Assembly (NCBI GenBank): GCA_012862495.1
Contig: BLSG01000178.1
Coordinates: forward strand, 84,755 to 119,886
DNA: 35,132 bases
Reading direction: 5' to 3'
Source of the DNA: Thraustochytrium aureum
Taxonomy: Eukaryota
The notes under the pieces were generated by a model that did not search any database, had not been told where the DNA came from, and worked only from the letters and a program-made list of their open reading frames with translations. The translations under genes were made by a program, and so were the position numbers. Shown here one piece after another: positions 10,656-19,943 of this stretch (its first letter is position 1; each line of letters begins with the position of its first letter).

Positions 10656-12356
10656 GTGCACGAGGCAGAAGCAGATCGCGCGCGGCCAATATGCGCAAAA
10701 TATCGATCCAGCTTGTGCAAATGGTTTCGCGCGATCGAGTGGAGCATCTCGAGGGGCGCCCCGGGGGCGTGCCGCCGCCGCGAAGCCCGAGGTCCCGCCA
10801 CGAAGACCGAGGTCGCACCCGCTGCGCCAGCCCTCAAGCCGTTCCAAACCAAAAGCCTCCATCTGGACAGGCAGCGAGGCGCCGTCCTTTTGGATGACAG
10901 CGTCGCACAGGTTTCTTTCACAGGCGCCGCCGCTCTCGCCCTCCACGCGGGGGAGAGGCGGGCTGGGGCATCGGCATCGATGCGAGCGGGCTCTTTTCGC
11001 GAACAAAGACCTGTTCTACGTTTTTGCACACCGAAAAAGAAACGGATCTGCCGGATTTCTTTCTTTCAGTTTTGCACACGATTCTGCAAGAAGAGGAAGG
11101 GCCGACACGGTGCGGGCTGATTCGGCCCCAGCGGCGCGAAGCGTGGCAGTGCGGCAGGCGCATGTTTATCGCGAAGATACTAGCCGAGCGCGTCCAAGTC
11201 GTGCTGGCGCGCAGCCTTCGCCACTCGGGCCGAATCGAGGATCGCTTGCGTGGAAATCCAGGCGTACGAGTCGCCGATTCGCTTGAGAGGATCATCGCCA
11301 AAGTTTGAGCGGCGCGGAGGCCAACTCGAGCCGACTGACTCTGTTGCAAGTGGGCGCTAACGGCGCGGAAGTGGAGCTCGGCNNNNNNNNNNNNNNNNNN
11401 NNNNNNNNNNNNNNNNNNNNNNNNNNNNNNNNNNNNNNNNNNNNNNNNNNNNNNNNNNNNNNNNNNNNNNNNNNNNNNNNNNNNNNNNNNNNNNNNNNNN
11501 NNNNNNNNNNNNNNNNNNNNNNNNNNNNNNNNNNNNNNNNNNNNNNNNNNNNNNNNNNNNNNNNNNNNNNNNNNNNNNNNNNNNNNNNNNNNNNNNNNNN
11601 NNNNNNNNNNNNNNNNNNNNNNNNNNNNNNNNNNNNNNNNNNNNNNNNNNNNNNNNNNNNNNNNNNNNNNNNNNNNNNNNNNNNNNNNNNNNNNNNNNNN
11701 NNNNNNNNNNNNNNNNNNNNNNNNNNNNNNNNNNNNNNNNNNNNNNNNNNNNNNNNNNNNNNNNNNNNNNNNNNNNNNNNNNNNNNNNNNNNNNNNNNNN
11801 NNNNNNNNNNNNNNNNNNNNNNNNNNNNNNNNNNNNNNNNNNNNNNNNNNNNNNNNNNNNNNNNNNNNNNNNNNNNNNNNNNNNNNNNNNNNNNNNNNNN
11901 NNNNNNNNNNNNNNNNNNNNNNNNNNNNNNNNNNNNNNNNNNNNNNNNNNNNNNNNNNNNNNNNNNNNNNNNNNNNNNNNNNNNNNNNNNNNNNNNNNNN
12001 NNNNNNNNNNNNNNNNNNNNNNNNNNNNNNNNNNNNNNNNNNNNNNNNNNNNNNNNNNNNNNNNNNNNNNNNNNNNNNNNNNNNNNNNNNNNNNNNNNNN
12101 NNNNNNNNNNNNNNNNNNNNNNNNNNNNGGGGCGGTCCCGCACTCTGACAAGATCGACTGGGTGCTGGAGGAGCCGGTCCCCCAGGACGAAGCTGCGATT
12201 GCAGAAGAGAAAGCCAGGGCGGCTGAAGCTCGGCAACTGCGGCGGGCGCGGGGAAGCACGGCATGTGCCAATTTATTCCGCCCTTCGGAGCGGCCTGCGT
12301 TCCTGCGCGAGCACGCAGCGCTGCCGCCCCGCCACGGGGCGAAGCTATTGATTTAA
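10656..12356 (+). CDS. Possible frameshifted hypothetical protein spanning the gap 11383-12128; start uncertain
   Basis: A chain of protein-like segments in shifting frames ends at LTLLQVGANG before the gap. After the gap, DKIDWVLEEPVPQDEAAIAEEKARAAEARQLRR runs to TAA 12356, and AATAAA occurs at 12576-12581. Confidence 0.3.
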
Positions 12357-12720
12357 CTTAAAAAAGCACGTTCGAACCCACGTGTCCACGAGAGGCCTGC
12401 GCTGTGCTTGCAGATTGCAGCCCTGCCACCGCCCCGGGGCTCTGCCGGGCAGCGCGAGCAGCCGTCACGGGCTGAACGGCAAGGCGACAAACGCGGACAA
12501 AGCAGCGACGCTTTTGTGCTCTAGCTAGAGTGCATCGGCTGACACGCAGGAGCGCAAGGCGATCGATCAAGTAATAATAAAGGTGCTGGTTGTTTTCGCT
12601 GTCCTAGCTCCCGCCGCCGCGGGCATCCGTGGCGGCGAGCATCAAGCAAATCAATAGCAGTGGAGGAGCTGCCCCCTTTGGCATGAAGAGGGCCGTCTCC
12701 GAGCGCCCGACGAGGGCCAG

Positions 12721-14047
12721 CTACACAATCGCGCCAGGCGGGAGGCGCGGCCGCGCGGTTGACCCCGCCGCCGCTTTGGCCGACTTTTGCGAACGAAGCC
12801 AGTCGCCTTGGGAAGGCCCGTGGTCGTCCTTGGACTCGAGCTCCATTTCCCCGGAACGCGGGCAGAGCGCCAGCAGGCCAGTTGGCCTAGACTCGGTCGC
12901 TGGGGCGCTGGCTGAGAACTCGTCAAAGGCGCGTGCCAAGTTCTTGCGGCGGAACGAGGAGGTCTTGTACTGAAGTCCACTCTGGGAGGCGCTGGCGGCG
13001 CGAAACTTGCGGCCTTCGTTGTGCATGACGGCCTCCATGTCTTCCATGTAGTGCTGCTGCGGTCCGATGATGCTTCCGGGGCGGCAGACGCGGATCCAGC
13101 CGATCGCTTCCGCCGCGGTGTACTCGGAGTGCTTCATCATGTAGCAGCCAATGCAAGTGCCCGTGCGCCCGAGCCCCGCCTTGCAGTGCACGGCAACGGC
13201 CCCCGGCTCGGCCTCGCACGCCTCAATAAACTGCTTGAGGATGTGGTCGGGCGGGTTTGTCCCGTCCGGGTAGAAGAGGTCAAGGTGCTTGATCCCAGCT
13301 CGTACGAAGCGCTGCTCGTCGTAGCACTTTTTGTTGAGCCGGATCACGAGCTTGACCCCCGTCTTCTTGAAGTAAGGGATATAGTCCTCCGGCACGAGCG
13401 TCTCGTACCCCTCGGCGGTCTGCATGCGGTACTCGTGCGGCCCGGCGAACGCAAGAAACTTGTCCTTGACGATCCAGTTGAGGTCGCCGCACTCGACGCG
13501 CTCAAAGTACTCGTACTCGTCCACGTTAAAGTGGCGAAAGTCGACGTGGTTGCGGCGCACGGCGCGGTGGATCCCGCGCAAGCAGTCGAGCACCGACAGA
13601 TTGTAGGTGCACCTGCAGGGCGTCGCGTCGTGAAAGGGCGGGAACGGGGGTAACGTCCTTGAACGGCGCGTACGCCTCATCGGGAGTCTTGCTCATGAAG
13701 AGCATGACGAAGCTTGAGATCAGGAACGCCGCGTTCGCTCGCTTCTGGGGCGAGGTACTCGAGTAGTAATAGATGGTCTTGTTGCGCAGCTTTGGGTCTT
13801 CGAGCAGCTCGCGCAGGATCTGGCAGAACCGATAGAGTTGGCCCAAGTTGAGCGGCCCGAAGTCGAGGAAAAAGTTCCAGTACACGAGCTCCTCGTCAAT
13901 GCTGAAGAAGGCCGCCTTCTTCTGCTTGTGCGGTTTGCTTCGCAGTGGGACGTAATAGAGCCGACCTGGGATGAACTCGAAGGCGTTTTTGGTGTCGGCC
14001 TCCTGCGCGCCTGCGCCGCTGGCGCTGGTCATCGCATAGTCGGCCAT
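12721..14047 (-). CDS. CDC14: Cdc14 dual-specificity protein phosphatase; one apparent frameshift at ~13648
   Basis: DSPn domain FFSIDEELVYWNFFLDFGPLNLGQLYRFC and KRANAAFL, then PFHDA, YEYFERVECGDLNWIV, VIRLNKKCYD, DLFYPDG, catalytic VHCKAGLGRTG, AIGWIRVCRPGSIIGPQQ and a C-terminal QGDWL motif. Confidence 0.96.
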
Positions 14048-15823
14048 GTCGCCTCGTTGCCGTCTTGCTCTTGCCGCTGCAGGTGAAGGGTCTTCGAGCC
14101 TCCCGGCGTGAGCGCAGCCTCCCCCAAGCGAGACGCTAAGCGCGACTAGGGCGCGATTCGGCGAGACTTGGCTGCACGCCGCACGCCGCTTGCGCAACCG
14201 AAGCGAGCTAGCCAATTGGGATTGCTCGCCGACCGGTGCGGCCTTGCTCGATGTTTGGGCAAAAGGGAACGAGCAACCAGCCAGGGTGTTGTGGAATCTG
14301 CCGCGCCCCAAAGCCCAGTTTGGGCTCCTTAGGCTGGTTTTTGGACTTGGGCGCGACGGGCCGCAGCGTACGCAGTCTTGACAGGTTCCGCGTTACACAA
14401 GTTGAATCGAGGCGCGGTCCCCGCCGCGCTGAGCTGGCCAAAAACCAGGCCCAAACGCGAGCAAAAATGCTCCGAAAGCAACTGATGCAAAGGCGAAACG
14501 GCGCAACCGCAACGCCGCAAGGGGCTAAAACTTTCTCGGATTATCAGGCTGGGGGTCGCTGGCGCGGTGGCGTGAATGTTGCAGCCAATGCGACAAATGT
14601 GACGCAGAGTATTCGCAAGCATTGTTGATTCTTGGTCAAGAGAAAGCAACTCGCAGCGACCCGCGGCGAAAACCGAGCGATCGCTCGAGCCGCGAGCCGC
14701 TCTCCTTTCGTGCGGATGCCGCTGCTGCCCTCCGCGTCCGCCCGCCCCGCTCTCAACAACCAACAGCGCAANNNNNNNNNNNNNNNNNNNNNNNNNNNNN
14801 NNNNNNNNNNNNNNNNNNNNNNNNNNNNNNNNNNNNNNNNNNNNNNNNNNNNNNNNNNNNNNNNNNNNNNNNNNNNNNNNNNNNNNNNNNNNNNNNNNNN
14901 NNNNNNNNNNNNNNNNNNNNNNNNNNNNNNNNNNNNNNNNNNNNNNNNNNNNNNNNNNNNNNNNNNNNNNNNNNNNNNNNNNNNNNNNNNNNNNNNNNNN
15001 NNNNNNNNNNNNNNNNNNNNNNNGGCCGCGTACATCTCCACCTCCGCGTCCCTTTTCCCACGAAAGCACATCCACCTCGCCTGCTTTCCTTTTCATCTTA
15101 GCACTGGTGCGAAAAGCACACGAGAAAGCGGTCTTGTGCTTTGTATCGGAGGCGCGGCGCGGAGGGGCAATCGTGAGGAAATAACGAGGAAAAAAGAGCT
15201 CTGCCCTGCAGTGGCGATGGCTCTTGTCGGCGATGCCCGACGGCGCAAGAGGCTGGATGCGTTCGCGGATGTCGTGAACGGCCGCGAGGCTGCCGCGCCG
15301 CCATGGCATGTACTCTACGTGCTGCCTTTGTTTGCTGGCTTGTTTGTCTTTGATCGTTCGTTTGCTTTGTTTGTTTGTGGGGTGGATGCTTACGAAACCG
15401 CGACATGGTGTTGGCTTTGGCTTTGAAGATGGCGCGGATCGTGGAGCCAGAGCCGAGCGCGGCACGGTCCTCCGCGGAGGACGTTGGAAGACGCCAAGAA
15501 AGGATGGGAATGTGGGCTGCCGCGCCGCGCGCAGATTAATTAACGGTTGCTCTCTGTGGATTGATGAAGGCAGCGCGCCTGCCTGCCCGCCCCGACGCAA
15601 CCCCCACTTTGTGGGAACGTTGGGTTTTCGTGCCGCGCCGGGGCTGCGGCCGTTGGCCGCGGTACGGCTGCGCGCGGATCGCGACGCGAGGCCGGTAGCG
15701 CGGCGAGGAGGTCTTGGGATGATACTGCGCGCGAAGCTGCGAGGCTTGGTGCGAGCACGGCCCGCCGCTCGAAACGAGCGGGGCCCGCGCAAATGCGTGC
15801 TCGGTGCTCAGTTCCGCGTCGGC

Positions 15824-16721
15824 TCACTCGGCGACCCTCTGACGCAGCAGCGGCGGGCCGACGAGGTCGAGCGTCTCGTACGCGTGCTTGACCACTCGGC
15901 GCTCCCAGAGATGTGTAGCGCGCCTTCGGCCCCAGACCAGCCCGATCCGCGCAGCCAGGTCAATAAGCAGCTTGGTGGGGTTGAACTGCGAGGATATGCC
16001 AAGCTCTGAGGCCGCATAGTCGAATGGGTAGGCGTGGTGCCAGTTGTGCCACCCCTCGCCGACGGAGAGGACCGCGACGATCGGATTCTCGGTCGGGTTG
16101 ATCGCCTCGTCGTACGGGTGCGCGCCGAACAAGTGGGCTGCAGAGTTGACAAGCCACGTCACGTGAAGCGACAGCACGTACCGCAGTGCGCCAAGCAGAA
16201 GGAAGGCGGTCCACGGGTCCTCGCCCCACAGCAAGGCGGCGGCCATCGTTGGGGCGCCAAAGCACCAAAATAGGTTCCAAGCCGGGTCGGGGCGCGCTGG
16301 AGGCGGATCTCCGGCAGCGACTCGAGGTCGCTCAGGTCGACCGGCGGCCTGCGAGAGCGACCCGCGGGCTTTCTTCACGAGCAGCCATCCGACATGGGCG
16401 AAGAAAAACCCGCGCAGCGCGTTGTGTGGGTCTGCCTTGGTCTCCGAGTACAAGTGATGGACGCGGTGGTCGCGCGCCCAGTGAAAGACAGTGCCCTGGT
16501 TTGCCAGCGACGCGCAAAGGAGAGCAACCACGCGATATGCTAGGTGCGCCTGGTAGCTCTTGTGGCTCCACAGCCTGTGCGCCCCGGCCGTGATACCGAG
16601 GCAAGAGAGCACGTACAGCCCGCCGACACCGGCCATCGTTTCGCTCCGGCAGGAGATCATGCGAGGCAGCGCCAGCAGTGCCAGCGCGTGGACGATCCCA
16701 AGGTAGATGGCCATGGGCCAC
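15824..16721 (-). CDS. Delta-9-type fatty acyl desaturase (SCD/OLE1/DesC family); N-terminus probably in the gap 16722-17039
   Basis: Three His boxes: GITAGAHRLWSH, WARDHRVHH and GEGWHNWHHAYPFDY. Also DPHNALRGFFFAHVGWL and WLVNSAAH. No C-terminal cytochrome b5 domain is seen. Confidence 0.95.
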
Positions 16722-17274
16722 NNNNNNNNNNNNNNNNNNNNNNNNNNNNNNNNNNNNNNNNNNNNNNNNNNNNNNNNNNNNNNNNNNNNNNNNNNNNNNN
16801 NNNNNNNNNNNNNNNNNNNNNNNNNNNNNNNNNNNNNNNNNNNNNNNNNNNNNNNNNNNNNNNNNNNNNNNNNNNNNNNNNNNNNNNNNNNNNNNNNNNN
16901 NNNNNNNNNNNNNNNNNNNNNNNNNNNNNNNNNNNNNNNNNNNNNNNNNNNNNNNNNNNNNNNNNNNNNNNNNNNNNNNNNNNNNNNNNNNNNNNNNNNN
17001 NNNNNNNNNNNNNNNNNNNNNNNNNNNNNNNNNNNNNNNCTGGAGATGTGAGCATCACCGATCTTGAGGCAGGCTCTGCCGCGTTATCAAGAGTGTGAAT
17101 GTGTCGGTTGACATTTGCTCGAACGATGCACTCCGCGCGCGCGACGACAGAACACGCACCGACGCACGCACGCAGCACAGCGCGAAGCGGTGGCCTGGCA
17201 GTGCTCGCTGCAGTGGAAGAGCTTTCGTTTTTCGCGAGCGCGCACGCAAGCCGCACTGTGCTTTCTCGGTCGAT

Positions 17275-17676
17275 ATGGCTCGGGCCTTGGGCAAAGGGCG
17301 CGCCACGAAGGGAAGCCCCCGTAAAAGGTCGAAGAAGGCGCGCTGGGCGAAGAATGGAGACGCAGAGCGGGCCTCGAGCAAGCCGGAGATCGTGGAGAGC
17401 GCCGTAGACCGGGGGGAGGAGCACGAGGAGTGCAAGGACGCGGACGACGTCTGTGTGCCGCTGCCGCGCGCCGACGAGCTCGAGCATCAGAACGCATTCG
17501 TGGAGACTGCCAAGCGAGGAGCAAAGGCTCAAGCCCCTGTGCTACCGGCGGGCCGCACCGCCTTGCGCAGGCCGGTCAAGCAGGCAATCGCTGCAGTTGA
17601 GATCCCCCCTCCGAACGGGTGGGAGTGGGCCTTGCTGGCTGGCGTTGTGGCGCTGTCGACCTGTCTGCACGCGTGA
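17275..17676 (+). CDS. Hypothetical 133-aa protein with basic N-terminus and hydrophobic C-terminal tail
   Basis: ATG 17275 opens MARALGKGRATKGSPRKRSKKAR, followed by an acidic middle and ending WEWALLAGVVALSTCLHA-stop. No family recognised. Confidence 0.45.
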   Translation: MARALGKGRATKGSPRKRSKKARWAKNGDAERASSKPEIVESAVDRGEEHEECKDADDVCVPLPRADELEHQNAFVETAKRGAKAQAPVLPAGRTALRRPVKQAIAAVEIPPPNGWEWALLAGVVALSTCLHA

Positions 17677-17850
17677 AGCGCGCAGCTGTCGACGCAGCAC
17701 TCAGACGGAGCATCGACGATTAGGCCTACTTTTATGAAAACAAGCAATAGGTTCCTTTTCTACGAAACCGCTCGACCCGGACCATGCAAGAAAGGAGACA
17801 CGGGAGTTTGCCTTCCGTATGCCTGCGTCTGCAGCGCTCGGTGGGCGCTC

Positions 17851-17962
17851 GGTGGCACATACTTGACTCTGTTCGCGTTTCTACAGCGCTTTTAGGGCCT
17901 GCCATTGGTGGCACATACTTGACTTTGCTCGCGTTTCTGCAGCGCTTTTAGGGCCTGGCACT
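17851..17962. repeat. Two-copy 56-bp tandem direct repeat
   Basis: ggtggcacatacttgact(c/t)tg(t/c)tcgcgtttct(a/g)cagcgcttttagggcctg starts at both 17851 and 17907. Confidence 0.9.
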
Positions 17963-18636
17963 TGGCGGCGCGAACGGGTCGTTTTCCGCGTTCCGGTTTG
18001 GGACGTATTCGGCCTGGCGCACAACCTCGACGGCAACCGCTTCGCCGAAGCGTCGCGCAATCCACTCGACAGCGATGTCGGTTCCAGCTGCAACGCCACT
18101 CGATGTGGCAAATTTGCCGTCAAACACAAACCTCGCGCGGTCCACCCAATGCACGAGCGGGCCTTGTTCCTTGACCCAGTCGAGCGCAATCTTGTTCGAG
18201 GTCGCCCGCCGCCCATCCAGGACGCCCGCTTTGGCCAGCAAGGCGCTCCCGGTGCAGACGCTCATGACCGTGTTGGCGCCGCCTGCAAGCTGGCGGATGA
18301 GGTCCAACACGCCAGCATCGTTCACGTCGGTCCGCGTGCCGCGACCGCCGGGCACCAGAAGCACGTCCACGCGGCCCGGAGGGCCTCTTTGCCCCACACC
18401 AGGTCGACGGCCACGCGCGGCCCAGAGAACGGCTCCTGCCCCATCGAAGCCGCCACGACCGCCTTGGTTGCGATGGTCTTGACGTCAACGCTGCGAGGCG
18501 TGTCCGTAGTAGTGGCTTGGAGCTTGAGCACTTTGTTCAAGCAGGCAAACATTTCGAGCGGCCCGAACGCGTCAAGCATCTCAAAACCGTCAAACAAAAA
18601 GCAAAGCACCTGCACTGAGGCCTCGGGGTCGCTCAT
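17948..18636 (-). CDS. DJ-1/PfpI family protein (InhA/isocyanide hydratase-like subgroup); one apparent frameshift at ~18378
   Basis: LFDGFEMLDAFGPLEMF at the N-terminus, then DVLLVPGGRGTR, nucleophile elbow SVCTGSALLAKAGVLDGRRATSNK, ARFVFDGKFATSSGVAAGTD, and C-terminal EY...DPFA. Confidence 0.93.
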
Positions 18637-18762
18637 TTTTGGACCCTGCGTCCCTCGAGCACCGCCTTGCGACACGGCGCCGCGCAGACGCCAGGTCTTA
18701 CCTACCTACCCACGCAGCGGCAACCCCAACAGTCCCTAGGCCGCTCGCCGGCCCGCCCGCAC

Positions 18763-18810
18763 CGCCTGCGCACGGTCGCCTGCGCAGGGTCGCCTGCGCA
18801 GGGTCGCCTG
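18763..18810. repeat. 14-bp tandem repeat (CGCCTGCGCAGGGT), about 3.4 copies
   Basis: Units start at 18763 (one mismatch), 18777 and 18791, with a partial unit at 18805. Confidence 0.85.
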
Positions 18811-19943
18811 GCCCAGGCCACCTTGCGAGCGCCGCAGCGTGCGGCGCCTGGAGGCGCGGCGTGCCGCGTTGGTCTCGCACGAGCGCTAGGTAGGTGCCAA
18901 CCGGATCAGGGCTTCCTGGAGGGAGAAAATGCAACCAGTCGGGCCGCTCGTTGCAAGGCGCCGTCCGTGCTGGCGCGGGCATCGATCATCTGCCGACGCG
19001 CGCGACTTGCGTCCCAAAACCGCCGCACGAAGCACTCCCGATCCTTTCGTTGCTCGTCGCGCGGCCTGGAACAGAGAGTCGTTGATGGATGATGGATGCG
19101 TGGTGGCTCTTGAGCGGCGCGCGGCGCTGCGCAAAGAGCTCTTGACGGCCCACGGCTTCCGAGTCCTTCCTGCAGCGCCCAAGCAAGCTCGCGGCACGGT
19201 AGGTAGGCTATCCAACCCGCCGCCACCACCGCAGCGTCAACCGCATCGCATTGGACCACGGCGCCGCCACCACGACGCGCAACGCGTTCGCAGCGCATCG
19301 CGTGGGGCGCTCGCTGGCAGGCAGGCCGTGCAGTGCATGCACCGCAAGTGCACTCGAGTGGGCACTCCGCTGTCTGTCATGACGGAGCTCAACCAGCGCT
19401 TGCGAGTGCGAGTGAGCACCGCCTTGCGCGCATCCGGCGCGTCGGGCTCCAGGGCCAGCCGTACCCGGAGCGTAAAAGCACGAGCAGGCGCCGCCGCGCG
19501 GCCCAGTACCCGGCCGCAACGCGCTCCAGCGAGCGAGCTCGTGCGCTGCGGCGCGCGGCACAAGGCCGACCGGTGGGTGGGCGTCTTCGGGGCGCTTTCG
19601 CCTTTAAGCGCATGCGCGAGANNNNNNNNNNNNNNNNNNNNNNNNNNNNNNNNNNNNNNNNNNNNNNNNNNNNNNNNNNNNNNNNNNNNNNNNNNNNNNN
19701 NNNNNNNNNNNNNNNNNNNNNNNNNNNNNNNNNNNNNNNNNNNNNNNNNNNNNNNNNNNNNNNNNNNNNNNNNNNNNNNNNNNNNNNNNNNNNNNNNNNN
19801 NNNNNNNNNNNNNNNNNNNNNNNNNNNNNNNNNNNNNNNNNNNNNNNNNNNNNNNNNNNNNNNNNNNNNNNNNNNNNNNNNNNNNNNNNNNNNNNNNNNN
19901 NNNNNNNNNNNNNNNNNNNNNNNNNNNNNNNNNNNNNNNNNNN

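Noticed and set aside
3446..16721. Functional lipid-signalling cluster (patatin, Rictor, desaturase)
   Set aside because: The genes are interspersed with unrelated ones, and the sequence alone gives no evidence of co-regulation or conserved synteny.
17851..17962. CRISPR-like array
   Set aside because: Only two directly adjacent copies with no spacers, no cas genes, and eukaryotic context.
18929..19621. ORF MDDGCVVALERRAALRKELL... as a gene or as the TMEM131 start
   Set aside because: Arg/Ala-rich with no signal peptide or recognisable homology. It cannot be linked reliably across the gap.
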